From a virus (taxonomy: Duplodnaviria > Caudoviricetes), in the IMG/VR virus record IMGVR_UViG_3300025676_000048, positions 1 through 35,556 of that record: DNA of 35,556 nt; one strand, written 5' to 3'. The notes under the pieces are model-generated. The model saw only the letters and a program-made list of their open reading frames with translations, was not told where the DNA came from and searched no databases. The position numbers and the translations under genes were made by a program. Below are positions 9,443 through 18,800 of this stretch, in pieces (within the stretch, counting starts at the first letter, position 1; every line of letters starts with the position of its first letter).

Positions 9443-9792
9443 TCAAGTTCCTCCACTGTAGGCTCATCTCGTCCAATTTCGGTAGCAATCCTTTCAAGGA
9501 CCTCGCAATTAACTTCCTTGGTAAGTTCGTCAATTTGAACCTTGCGGAAAACCGGCTTGCCATCCTCATCCCACATATTATAGACAATGGTCAGCGCATA
9601 ACTTTTGGCCTTTTGACCGCTTTCAGCAAGTTCGGTAATTTCGCATTTCTGCTGCAAAGTCATGGTCGGTCTTATGTAGAATGTGGTTTCCCATTCTTCG
9701 ACATAAAACGACCTCGGTTTCTGAGTAAGCACCTTGCGCTGATGCGCTTTCGCTCGCTCCATTACACTGAGGCCTGACGTTTTATCCGTCAT
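9433..9792 (-). CDS. Tail assembly chaperone (gpG-like)
   Basis: Lies between the tail tube and tape measure genes and ends in EKN* over the slippery site. Confidence 0.88.
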   Translation of the reverse strand: MTDKTSGLSVMERAKAHQRKVLTQKPRSFYVEEWETTFYIRPTMTLQQKCEITELAESGQKAKSYALTIVYNMWDEDGKPVFRKVQIDELTKEVNCEVLERIATEIGRDEPTVEELEKN

Positions 9793-10194
9793 CTATGTAA
9801 CCGTCAAAGTCTGCAAATCATCACGACCCTGGAATGAAAACGATGCCTCGATGTTGCCATCAAATGTCGCATTCCGTGACTTCGTTGTGACCAGTGCTGG
9901 ACCTTTGTAATAAGTATCGCCTGTTGATGTTCCTGCTGGGTATAACTCCAGTTCAACATTACCATCCATAACTGTCTGACCTGTTGTGTCAGTTGGGTCC
10001 CACCAGCATTCAAATGATCCGGTCCATGCTTTGAATCCCGTCTTATAACTGCGCGTTGTCGCGCCCATTGCGGTATCCTCAACAGTCTCCTGTTCTTCGT
10101 CAATCGACCATGACCGAACCTCGGCAACAGCAACCACTGTTCCACCGGCATCGGCTGCTTTCACTATTCCATCGCGCCCACTATATGTAGCCAT
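9793..10194 (-). CDS. Major tail tube protein
   Basis: G.DG.VK, EVRSWSI, EDTAMG, LELYP.G and SFSFQG motifs, plus synteny. Confidence 0.88.
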   Translation of the reverse strand: MATYSGRDGIVKAADAGGTVVAVAEVRSWSIDEEQETVEDTAMGATTRSYKTGFKAWTGSFECWWDPTDTTGQTVMDGNVELELYPAGTSTGDTYYKGPALVTTKSRNATFDGNIEASFSFQGRDDLQTLTVT

Positions 10195-10203
10195 TTCTAT
10201 CTC

Positions 10204-10644
10204 CTAAATCGCCACATCTGGCGTTTGCATTTTCGTAAAATAAGTAATCAGAAAGGTCATCGTGACCACCCCGATTGGTACTTCACCATCACCGGTGAAG
10301 TTGATTTCTGTTCCAGCTAAATTGCAGTCACGGGTCAAGCCTCCTAGAGTTCGATCAGTAGCCAGTGCAGATTCAACCTCTGCCGACAGTTGATCCAGTT
10401 GGTTATCAATGGTCGCTGATGACTTAATGTAGCCTTCAACAATTAGTGATAAAGATCGGCCGAGCGTATCGCCCATCCCGTCCGTTTCTGAATCTTCGGT
10501 AGTGGTATAAACCAACAGTGCTGGCATTTCATCATCTTTCAACGGATAGATTCTCGACTTGAACACTCTCGTTCCTGCCGTCAATAAACCTGTCACCGCA
10601 TCACCGGCTGCATCTCTGATCTGGTGGCGAATATGATTAGGCAT
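10204..10644 (-). CDS. Tail terminator (gpU-like)
   Basis: H.R.QIR, VF.SRIYP, P.L.VYT and LD.L..EVE.AL..D.TLGGL motifs. Start revised to MPNHIR at 10644. Confidence 0.82.
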   Translation of the reverse strand: MPNHIRHQIRDAAGDAVTGLLTAGTRVFKSRIYPLKDDEMPALLVYTTTEDSETDGMGDTLGRSLSLIVEGYIKSSATIDNQLDQLSAEVESALATDRTLGGLTRDCNLAGTEINFTGDGEVPIGVVTMTFLITYFTKMQTPDVAI

Positions 10645-10942
10645 CTTGCAACTCCAAAACCAGTTCAACCATTCCAGTGCCATCCGGCCTGACTGTCACA
10701 ACATTGTATTTCTGACTGCTAATCGTGAACTTATCACCGTGACCTGTGCCAACGATGTCGCTCGCTTTCGCAACCAGCAAAGACTGCCGACCCTCCACCC
10801 CAACTGTTCCAGAATCAATTTCAAAATACTCGTTCTGGAAGATCACATTGATTGACCGCTCTGACAATCCTGACGGAGTGTAACTAGCAGCAATCGCGTG
10901 TTCAGTTGTCGCAAAGAACTGATCTAAATCTTCGTCAAACAT
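10637..10942 (-). CDS. Head closure / head-tail joining protein (gpFII-like)
   Basis: F.EDL..FF...E and the C-terminal Y.V....PDGTGM..L.L motif, plus synteny. Confidence 0.82.
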   Translation of the reverse strand: MFDEDLDQFFATTEHAIAASYTPSGLSERSINVIFQNEYFEIDSGTVGVEGRQSLLVAKASDIVGTGHGDKFTISSQKYNVVTVRPDGTGMVELVLELQDA

Positions 10943-11141
10943 TCTTCGACTTCTTCCGGGTCGAGCGTTTCTTCACAATCTCACCATCACGACTCTCAGG
11001 TGCAGACGATGCCGTTGCCGGAACCGCTTTGCCCATGCGAATCAATGTCAGTGCATCTTCTTCGGATAACTCAACCGTTTGCCCGGATTTAAGATCAAAC
11101 CCACCGGCAGCCGTATTGCGTGTTATTGTTACTTTAGCCAT
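10935..11141 (-). CDS. Small head-associated protein (gpFI position)
   Basis: G..VEL.E.DA..LI.MGKA motif and a basic tail. GGAG lies upstream of the ATG at 11141. Confidence 0.7.
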   Translation of the reverse strand: MAKVTITRNTAAGGFDLKSGQTVELSEEDALTLIRMGKAVPATASSAPESRDGEIVKKRSTRKKSKNV

Positions 11142-11203
11142 ATCGCTCCCTCCAATCAGAACCCCAGGCACAAGGCCCAGGGCATGATTGGTGCTGATGA
11201 TGG

Positions 11204-12967
11204 TTATGCACCTTTAGCGAACGATTCAGCGTGTCTTACGCCAACATCCACTGCAAGATGAATACCCAATGTCAGAATACCGGTACTTGCGCTGCGCTCA
11301 GTTAGTACTTCTATCGCACCGAATTGACCGATGATTAGGTCTGACCAGTTACCGAATATGATGGTGCTGGCAGGACAGTTGGTAGTTGTTGCCACTCGGT
11401 AGCCGTTCATCTCATTAGACTCAATGACGAATCGACCAGAACCTGCATCTTTAGCAGTCTGCTTCAAAGCACCTGCCATTGATGGAGTAGTCACATAAGC
11501 GAGCGACCCGGTTAGTGCATTGTCTTGTGAAATTTGAGTTTCAATATCAACAATCTCCCCGAAAGTCGGAGCAGCCGCACTTGCCAAGGTCACAGAACCG
11601 ATACCAGTGGCTTGTAATACGCCAGAGGGTTCGTTAGCACCACCACCGTTAAGGGCAGCAGTATCCAGAGCATTGGCAACACCGTTGGTGATGTCCTGGC
11701 GAATGATATTCTCAACACTTGGATCAGATTGAATCATCAAATTCCGTGTTATATCAACGTAAGCTGCTACGTTCTTCGGTGTGAGCGTCACTTGTCTGAA
11801 AGTTGGAGCGCCTTCTGTCGGTGCTGCACCCTCTGCGACCCAATACACATTTGTCTTAGCATTTAGTGCCGGAATTGCCACATTGCCCTGTAGGTTGCTC
11901 ATCACTCTAGCACCCAATTGGCTGGTCACCATATTGGCGCGAAGTGCGTCAATGAATGAACTGCCCATGTGGTCAGTGCCAACAATGTTGCCTGAATTGC
12001 TTGCTGCAAGATCACGACTCCATGCCATGTCAACGGGTAAGTAAAAACCACCGTTTGATTGACCGACTCGTTGAGCAATCGTATCGCTCACTTCACGTTC
12101 AAGACCAGCGCCTGTCCAATCGCCAGAGGCTTGTGCTTGAATGGCTCGCATTAATGAATACTGCTCACGCTCTGTGCGTGACATATCAACCGAGCGAACT
12201 GGTGCGTCCGGCATTACTGTCGGCTGACGTTTCATTTCGTCCTTTGTGCGGTCAAGTGCAACCTTGTTAAAATCATCAATCGGCATTCCATCCTCGATGG
12301 CCTTATCTGCGAGTTCACGCAAATACCCTGCATCTTTAGCCATTGCGTTGATGGTACTTACGCGCGTTTTTTCCTCAGTGAGTGCGGCAGTTCTTGCCTC
12401 GTTCTTCACTGCATCAATATCTATTGTTTGTTCAGTCATAACAGTTCCCTGTGTGTTGTGTATTTGTGTTTCGTGATCGCCAACCAAGTCTCGCCCAATC
12501 CCAACAGAAGTGTCTGCCGGTACTGATACGATGGATACCTCATGAGGCTGCCAATCGGTTGCTCGATAAATCTCAGCATCCTTTTCACCCTCCACGTTCA
12601 TTTCGTGAATGCGGTAGCCAACAGAAATGTTGGTACGGATGCCGTCAATTACGTCTTGCCAGATTTCTTCGGCTCGACTACTTTTGGAAAATCGAACAAC
12701 GGCTGCGCCTCGTCCATTTTCTATCGTTGCGTTTTCTACGCGACCAATTTGGTCAGTCAAATCGTGATCTAATAGCAGCGGTGCGCCCCCGTTCATCCGG
12801 TCCAGTCGAACACTGCCCGGCTGGTGGTCTAAGACCTCCTGGCCGAACCATCTTTCCACTGGTTCTTCGGATGAAAAAGATAAGCGAACAGTTCTGCTAT
12901 CAGCATCAATCGCTGATCTGTCCAAATCAAATATTCTGTTTAAGTCACCTGTTTTAATCTTCGTCAT
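11204..12967 (-). CDS. Fused prohead protease - HK97-fold major capsid protein
   Basis: Protease motifs PLLLDHD, ISVGYRI and EVSIVSVPAD are followed by capsid motifs WVAEG, LTPK, P.GVL and IIFGNWSDL. AAGGAGG lies upstream of the ATG at 12967. Confidence 0.93.
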   Translation of the reverse strand: MTKIKTGDLNRIFDLDRSAIDADSRTVRLSFSSEEPVERWFGQEVLDHQPGSVRLDRMNGGAPLLLDHDLTDQIGRVENATIENGRGAAVVRFSKSSRAEEIWQDVIDGIRTNISVGYRIHEMNVEGEKDAEIYRATDWQPHEVSIVSVPADTSVGIGRDLVGDHETQIHNTQGTVMTEQTIDIDAVKNEARTAALTEEKTRVSTINAMAKDAGYLRELADKAIEDGMPIDDFNKVALDRTKDEMKRQPTVMPDAPVRSVDMSRTEREQYSLMRAIQAQASGDWTGAGLEREVSDTIAQRVGQSNGGFYLPVDMAWSRDLAASNSGNIVGTDHMGSSFIDALRANMVTSQLGARVMSNLQGNVAIPALNAKTNVYWVAEGAAPTEGAPTFRQVTLTPKNVAAYVDITRNLMIQSDPSVENIIRQDITNGVANALDTAALNGGGANEPSGVLQATGIGSVTLASAAAPTFGEIVDIETQISQDNALTGSLAYVTTPSMAGALKQTAKDAGSGRFVIESNEMNGYRVATTTNCPASTIIFGNWSDLIIGQFGAIEVLTERSASTGILTLGIHLAVDVGVRHAESFAKGA

Positions 12968-14336
12968 CAGGCGTGTCCTCCTTTTCGGTAATCGGTTGTA
13001 GTCCATACTGAGCGGCCAGTTCTTTCTCTTTCTGCAACTGGTCGTACACATCTTCCAAATCACGGCCCTGAGTCGCTGCAATGTCGGTGAGTGATGTAAT
13101 GCCCATCTGATAAGCTAACTGATGGGCCTGCATATCCTTAACTGGATCGACCCATGTCCACCCTCTAGGCTGCCAGTTCACATTCGTAAGTCGCTTGAAA
13201 TCGGTTGCGGCATAACCAAGATTCGTGATATTTGCCGATAGCCATGCTTCAAACACTCTGCGGTGCAGATGTTCAACAAAGAACGACTGCTGTTGTCTCC
13301 ACCGGTCACGTTCTTCAATCGTGCCGGAGCGAATAGAGGAAAAGTTAACCTGTGTTAAATCACCGGATAAGGCGTGATAACTGACCCCCAACCCGGTTGC
13401 GATACCTTTAAGGACCGCAGAAACATAATCAGCGAAAGCACTGACCGGATGCTGTGGGTCAATCATGCCCATCTCAACGCCCACCGGTAATTCGGTCATA
13501 CCAAGACCACCGATGTCGTTCGGCAATCCATAATCGTTCTTGTCATCTTCCAGCCAATCGCCGGTTGGTGTTTTGTAATAGCCGATCTTTTTGGCTGAGA
13601 ACTCGGCAGCAATCATTTCTGCGCGTTCATAACGGTTCAGCATCAACAAATGGATCATGGCCGGTGCTAACCACGATGCTCCACGCATTTGACCGGCTCG
13701 GTCAGTGCGGAAGATGTGGATAATCTCATCGGCTGGAACCCGGTCATACTCAACGCGCGGATTCTGGAAGATGCCCCCCGGATGATCGCCCGGATGACTT
13801 TTCGATAGATGATAGGCAACCGGTTTCGCTTGTCGGTCAACCTCAATGCCCTGCACGATGCGGTTTTCTGTCTCAGTGCGGTCACGATTCAATGCGTGAT
13901 CGAGATAATCGGCCTCATAGACCATCAGTTTCAAGCCGTCCGAGTTAATCAGACGTATTAAAACCTCACCATCCCTGGCAACAGACCGCACGACCAAACG
14001 CTGGATGTCATGCCATGACAGTCTGCCGTCTGCGGAGCATTGGCGAGGCCTGCCCCACTGCATCCATGCGGATTCGATAATTCGATTGGTGCGCTGATCT
14101 AGTTTCTTTTTAGAGGTTCGTGCCTTTGCTTGCAGCCGAATACCTTGTTCACCGATCATATTGACTTCGACCAGTTGGAGATATTTGGCCGCATAGTCGT
14201 TGTTCTGTTCTAAATCTCTGGCCCTTGCTCTGAGCGCTGTACCTTGCTCACGCAAATCCTGGTTAATCTCTTTCGATTCTGAAATCCAATCTTTAACAAC
14301 ATTCGGTGATGCTGCCGCAAACATTCTCTTACTCAT
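12954..14336 (-). CDS. Lambda-family portal protein
   Basis: LR.RARDL..NN.YA, DGEV, RAGQ.RG.SW, SGDL..VNFSS.R and RGW.WVDP.KD motifs. Confidence 0.95.
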   Translation of the reverse strand: MSKRMFAAASPNVVKDWISESKEINQDLREQGTALRARARDLEQNNDYAAKYLQLVEVNMIGEQGIRLQAKARTSKKKLDQRTNRIIESAWMQWGRPRQCSADGRLSWHDIQRLVVRSVARDGEVLIRLINSDGLKLMVYEADYLDHALNRDRTETENRIVQGIEVDRQAKPVAYHLSKSHPGDHPGGIFQNPRVEYDRVPADEIIHIFRTDRAGQMRGASWLAPAMIHLLMLNRYERAEMIAAEFSAKKIGYYKTPTGDWLEDDKNDYGLPNDIGGLGMTELPVGVEMGMIDPQHPVSAFADYVSAVLKGIATGLGVSYHALSGDLTQVNFSSIRSGTIEERDRWRQQQSFFVEHLHRRVFEAWLSANITNLGYAATDFKRLTNVNWQPRGWTWVDPVKDMQAHQLAYQMGITSLTDIAATQGRDLEDVYDQLQKEKELAAQYGLQPITEKEDTPDDED

Positions 14337-14890
14337 CCACGAACTCCAAAACGGCCACGTTCGCGAACCGATATTTCTGCCACTGTCTTATCGCGCATCT
14401 GTTCTAACTCGGTCAGATCACCAAATGACATCGAACGGCCTGCAATTGAATAACTGCTGCTAGTCTTGCTGGATAGGGTTTCTATAGCTGTTTCCAGATT
14501 CGATAACCGTTTCCGCAAGTGTGAAATTGGGTCAGCAGAGTCGGTGCTGGAATCTTTATCCGCAAATACCTTGAACAACCCGGTGCCGAGAGTGACCCGT
14601 TGGCTGTCGCTGTTGCGGATAATGTAGGATTGCCACTGATAGGTGCCGGTGGTCCATGTCGCTGTAACTGCTGATGCGATTTCGATCAGATAGTCAACGC
14701 CCGATGCGACTGCGGTGATTTCGATCTCTGAAAGTCCATCCCCCTCTTTACGAGCCGCATATTTCAGCGTGTAGTCAGTGTTGGGATAGGCGGCATGAAT
14801 ATCTGAGCGCTTGAAAGCGACTCGATCCCCGACAACGATTGAAGTCGGTTCTGTGACGGCATAGTTTGCCGTGAGGAATTGGTTCTTCAT
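14333..14890 (-). CDS. Head-tail adaptor (gpW-like C-terminus with a beta-rich N-terminal domain)
   Basis: C-terminal SYSIAGRS......EL motif typical of gpW. Lies directly before the portal gene. Confidence 0.78.
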   Translation of the reverse strand: MKNQFLTANYAVTEPTSIVVGDRVAFKRSDIHAAYPNTDYTLKYAARKEGDGLSEIEITAVASGVDYLIEIASAVTATWTTGTYQWQSYIIRNSDSQRVTLGTGLFKVFADKDSSTDSADPISHLRKRLSNLETAIETLSSKTSSSYSIAGRSMSFGDLTELEQMRDKTVAEISVRERGRFGVRG

Positions 14891-14913
14891 AGGCTAATTT
14901 TCTCAAATCAACC

Positions 14914-14942
14914 TGTCTAGTATCCATAGTGAAAACTAGACA
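14914..14942. promoter_or_regulatory. Dyad TGTCTAGT-N13-ACTAGACA, candidate late activator site
   Basis: Perfect 8-bp inverted repeat 24 nt upstream of the head operon start and downstream of a Mor-like gene. Confidence 0.5.
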
Positions 14943-14967
14943 ATCTTTAGATGAAACCCCCTACTTC

Positions 14968-15131
14968 CACCTAAATATCACCTAAATGTGACATTTTTCA
15001 CCTAAATATGACATTTTTTAGGTGTCAACCATAAACCCATTAAATTCGCGGCCTCCAGCATGGGTGACACCCACTTTTTGATGGTTGACGGTAAATAACT
15101 GGTCAGGTGCCAACCATTGACTGCCAACCAT
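14968..15131. repeat. Non-coding cluster of short direct and inverted repeats
   Basis: CACCTAAAT at 14968, 14979 and 14999, with inverted TTTAGGTG at 15017. TGYCAACCAT at 15023, 15108 and 15122, with inverted ATGGTTGAC at 15081. Confidence 0.8.
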
Positions 15132-15139
15132 CGAGTGTG

Positions 15140-15421
15140 TTAGTGCGAATTAATGATCTGATAGACCCTTGCGCGGCTGATACCGAACCGCACCATAACT
15201 TGCTGAACATTACGGCCATTCCACATCAATCGTACTGAGCGAGAATCGACCCGGTTGCGTACCGGCACATAAACATAGCCACTGGCATACTCTCTGCGAA
15301 TGGCATCCCATAGCTTTTGTTCCAGTTCTTCCTGCGTATCATCGTCCAGACCACTATCAGCCATGACTGTCGATATAATGTCAGCTAAAGCCACGCTCCA
15401 CCTCCTTGCGGTGAGTTCCAT
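15140..15421 (-). CDS. Mor/C-like HTH transcription activator
   Basis: EY.SG.VYVP motif followed by WNG.NV..V..RFGISRARVYQII. The start is uncertain and may be the GTG near 15394. Confidence 0.78.
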   Translation of the reverse strand: MELTARRWSVALADIISTVMADSGLDDDTQEELEQKLWDAIRREYASGYVYVPVRNRVDSRSVRLMWNGRNVQQVMVRFGISRARVYQIINSH

Positions 15422-17160
15422 CGTTGTTTTGGTGGTTGCTCTGTTTTCTTCGGTTCATCGACAACTTTCTTCGTTGTCGGTGCTAACAACCGCAATGCAG
15501 CCAATGCGTACACCCGGCAATCAAGCGCTTCATTTCTTGGCCGTGTCTGAACCCATTCTTGCCGAGGTCTGCCTTTGTTGTACCGTGTTACCAACTTTTC
15601 AGCCGTTAATTGCTCAAAATACTCGTCATCATAGTCGGCCTGATTGGGGAAATGACAGTAAGCAGCGCCCGGCTCAGTTATCTTGAGTCGTGAATAGATA
15701 ATTGATTTACCCTGATCGACCCCAATTGGCTCCGGTGCAAAGGCTCGTTTGCGCTTCTTCCGCAGCCTGGCGTTGCGTTTCTGTGTATCCTGAACCAACG
15801 GTAACCCTTGGCCTGACACCCCTTTGATCGCCCAGACCCATCGTTTGCGGTCAACCCAATTGTAAACAAGTTGGGTGTTATAGCCTGAGTCGATGCACAT
15901 ACCATCCGGCTGCAAATCAGCAACGACATCATCAAGTGCTGACCAAACCTCTTGGCGTGTTGTGTCACCGGGAACAATGATGTATTCCAACCCCCAAGAT
16001 TCTTCACCCTCACCCCAGCCAACCAATTCCAACTCAATCCTGTCTTTTTGGACATCGGCCCCGATAGTCCTCCACAATATCGGTGGCTCATCATATTCCT
16101 CTCGCCTGAGTATCAGTGAATTAGGGTCGGCTTGCTCCCCTTGTTCTTCCCATGTCTCGCCCAGAACCGTATTGACCCATGTCTTGAGTTGTTCTTCACC
16201 GACCTTTTTAGCCGCTAAGAAGTCAGCCACAGCATCGGACCATGAGTACCACCCAACCGGTGAATACAGGCTGCTGAGATGGAATCCGGTAAACCGGCCC
16301 TCACTCGTTGCTCGCCATTCACCATCACTCAGTAACTTTGTCTTGTTCGACTCCGGCACAATCACCCCACAATGCTGACAAGTCATTGCTGCTGTGTCTG
16401 GGTCGTTGTCTGTCCAGGTAATCATCTTCCATTCCAATACCTGAAACTCACCGCACTCAGGACAGGGGATGAAATAACGCCTTTGGTCAGATTGCTCGTA
16501 ATAATCCTCAATGGCTGAGATACCCTTGATTGTGGGTGTGGACACAATGAATATCTTGCGGTTACGTTTATAGGTTGCCGTCCTGCGAATCGCTAACTGG
16601 ATCGGGTCACCCTCACCGTCCAAGTCCGTTGGATAGCCATCGACCTCATCCATGAATAGATAACGTGCTGGCATTGAGCGCAATCCAATGGCTGAATTTG
16701 CACCGGTCAGAATGAGTGTTCCACCGGGATAGTCTTTCTGAAATAGTGTGTTGCCGGAATCCCTCGCTCTAGCCACAGCAACCTTTGCTTTGACCTCTGG
16801 AATAGCATCAATCATCGGAGCAATACGCTGTTTGCTTGCTCTTTTAGCAGCGTCAACTGTCGGCATAACGTAGAGCATCGGTGCAGGGGCATGGTGAATC
16901 GTGTAGCCGAGCCAGTTATTACCGGCCTCGGTTGCGCCAATCTGCGCCCCTTTCATGAACACCACAATGCTCTCAGGCCGTGTTGCCGACAAGCAGTCCA
17001 TGATTTCTTTCAGGTACGGTGTTCGCCGGGTGCGCCACTTGCCCGGCTCACTTGATGCAGCCTGATCGAGCAGACGATACTGGTCAGACCACTCGGAAAC
17101 AGTGACATCAGGTTCTGCCAGGATTGCGGCAGCAACAGAAGTACAGTAAGCACTAGCCAT
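15385..17160 (-). CDS. terL: Terminase large subunit, lambda gpA family
   Basis: EPGKW...RTPY, MKGAQIGATE (Walker A variant), LFMDEVD, STPT, PCPECG, GADVQKDR and NEALDC motifs. Confidence 0.96.
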   Translation of the reverse strand: MASAYCTSVAAAILAEPDVTVSEWSDQYRLLDQAASSEPGKWRTRRTPYLKEIMDCLSATRPESIVVFMKGAQIGATEAGNNWLGYTIHHAPAPMLYVMPTVDAAKRASKQRIAPMIDAIPEVKAKVAVARARDSGNTLFQKDYPGGTLILTGANSAIGLRSMPARYLFMDEVDGYPTDLDGEGDPIQLAIRRTATYKRNRKIFIVSTPTIKGISAIEDYYEQSDQRRYFIPCPECGEFQVLEWKMITWTDNDPDTAAMTCQHCGVIVPESNKTKLLSDGEWRATSEGRFTGFHLSSLYSPVGWYSWSDAVADFLAAKKVGEEQLKTWVNTVLGETWEEQGEQADPNSLILRREEYDEPPILWRTIGADVQKDRIELELVGWGEGEESWGLEYIIVPGDTTRQEVWSALDDVVADLQPDGMCIDSGYNTQLVYNWVDRKRWVWAIKGVSGQGLPLVQDTQKRNARLRKKRKRAFAPEPIGVDQGKSIIYSRLKITEPGAAYCHFPNQADYDDEYFEQLTAEKLVTRYNKGRPRQEWVQTRPRNEALDCRVYALAALRLLAPTTKKVVDEPKKTEQPPKQRWNSPQGGGAWL

Positions 17161-18361
17161 TAACTAATTCTGCTTTCTTACCAGTGAAATCCTCCCACCG
17201 CTTAACAATCACATCGCAATACTTTGGGTCTAGTTCCATCAGGTAAGCGTTGCGGTTGGTCTTTTCGCAAGCAATGAGGGTTGAGCCAGAGCCACCAAAG
17301 CAATCATGAATCACATCACCACCCTTACTACTGTTCAGTAATCCCTTTTCAATTAACTCAACAGGCTTTTGTGTTGGGTGTACATATTGCCCCGTCCCAC
17401 CTCTGCTCATATACCACACATCCGACTGCGCTTTATCTCCATGCCATTGACCACCACAATAAAAGATAAACTCATGTTGTGGTCGATAGTCACTACGACC
17501 AAGACCTATGCTTTTTTTATCCCATACAATACACGCTGACGGCTTGAGACCAATTGAAGTTAATGCCGCATGGAACTCGGCGTAAGTTCTCCATGTAAAA
17601 CAAATATAAGATGCGACTCCACTTTTAGCACCCATAATGGCATTGCTAATGCTATCTGCCACCATTGCCAACAAGTCATCTCCTTTTAAATCATCGCCTA
17701 TTATCATTCCGTGCGCTTTTACAAGCGCACCTTTGGTTGTAGAGCCAGCCGCTCTCCCACCGCCGTATGCCATTCCGTATGGTGGGTCAGTGAATACCAT
17801 GTCAGCCTTAACACCACCCATCAACAACTCAACCGCATCGATGCTGGTGCTATCGCCACACATCAATCGATGATTGCCAAGTTGGTAAATATCGCCCAGC
17901 TTGGTGGTCGGTTCTTCTGGAACTTCTGGAACTTCATCTTCGTCCGTTAATCCCTCAACCTCTGGATTCGCATCCATAGCATCGAGTTCATCAATCGTGA
18001 ATCCAAGCAAATCAATATCAAAGTCGAGCGCTTGTAGTTCTTCGATCTCAATCGACAACATCTCCAAATCCCAATCAGCGTTCAGTGCTAATTTGTTGTC
18101 AGCGATTATGTACGCTTTCTTTTGTGCCTCTGACAAATCACCCAACCGAATACACGGCACATTCTTTAGACCTAACTTCTGCGCTCCCATTAGTCTGCCA
18201 TGCCCGGCAATGATGCCGTTATCTTTGTCGATGAGGATTGGATTGGTGAACCCGAACTCCTTGATGCTTGCCGCTATCTGACTGACCTGATTGCTGTCGT
18301 GAGTCCGTGAGTTGTTGATGTAAGGTATTAAGTCATCTGCTGCTATTTGCTCAACTTTCAT
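17153..18361 (-). CDS. ParB-like domain fused to an N6/N4 DNA methyltransferase
   Basis: FGFTNPILID..NGIIAGHGR and ADNKL (ParB). TDPPY, HPTQKP and DCFGGSGST give a beta-class amino-methyltransferase order. Confidence 0.93.
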   Translation of the reverse strand: MKVEQIAADDLIPYINNSRTHDSNQVSQIAASIKEFGFTNPILIDKDNGIIAGHGRLMGAQKLGLKNVPCIRLGDLSEAQKKAYIIADNKLALNADWDLEMLSIEIEELQALDFDIDLLGFTIDELDAMDANPEVEGLTDEDEVPEVPEEPTTKLGDIYQLGNHRLMCGDSTSIDAVELLMGGVKADMVFTDPPYGMAYGGGRAAGSTTKGALVKAHGMIIGDDLKGDDLLAMVADSISNAIMGAKSGVASYICFTWRTYAEFHAALTSIGLKPSACIVWDKKSIGLGRSDYRPQHEFIFYCGGQWHGDKAQSDVWYMSRGGTGQYVHPTQKPVELIEKGLLNSSKGGDVIHDCFGGSGSTLIACEKTNRNAYLMELDPKYCDVIVKRWEDFTGKKAELVNG

Positions 18362-18704
18362 TCAATGTTTCCGAAATAGTTTGTAAGGTGTCGCGTATCT
18401 CTCGCCTGAGTTCCTGCAATATCTCATGCTCAGTTCTACCAACCAACAACGATGCTACTCGGTCCGGCAGGGCCATGAATGAATCCCTTGTGAGTCTGCC
18501 CACAAAATCAGCATCGGCCATCACTTGAGTCTTTTCGATCAGTTCGCCACGTTTCTCACGTTCACGCAATTCAGCGAGATTGGCGAGATGTGTCTTTTCC
18601 TTTGCTCTGGCATTTGAGTAAAACACGAACGCCTTGCCAGTGGCATCTGCAACTGTTTTGGGCTTGCCACCAGCACCAGTTCTCTTACCCCCATGTTCAG
18701 CCAT
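18351..18704 (-). CDS. terS: Terminase small subunit (Nu1-like)
   Basis: HGGKR.GAG N-terminus, ARA.E...A..AEL....RGELI and LPDRVA motifs. Lies upstream of TerL. Confidence 0.85.
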   Translation of the reverse strand: MAEHGGKRTGAGGKPKTVADATGKAFVFYSNARAKEKTHLANLAELREREKRGELIEKTQVMADADFVGRLTRDSFMALPDRVASLLVGRTEHEILQELRREIRDTLQTISETLNES

Positions 18705-18734
18705 GCTTTGAACCCATCAAAATGAAAGCAAATA

Positions 18735-18797
18735 ACACTAGCGAAATACCGCGCTGCGTATAACCCTCAGTACCAAAAGCCCCAGGAGTACCTTTTG
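18735..18797 (-). other. Putative cos packaging region
   Basis: The minus strand reads AAAAGGTACTCCTGGG...GGGTTATACGCAGCGCGG...CTAGTG immediately upstream of terS. AGGTACT resembles lambda cosQ (GGGTCCT), and TerL is gpA-type. Confidence 0.55.
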
Positions 18798-18800
18798 CCC

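Noticed and set aside
12968-13081. 38-aa N-terminal extension of the protease-capsid ORF
   Set aside because: It overlaps the portal gene, and a strong AAGGAGG precedes the ATG at 12967.
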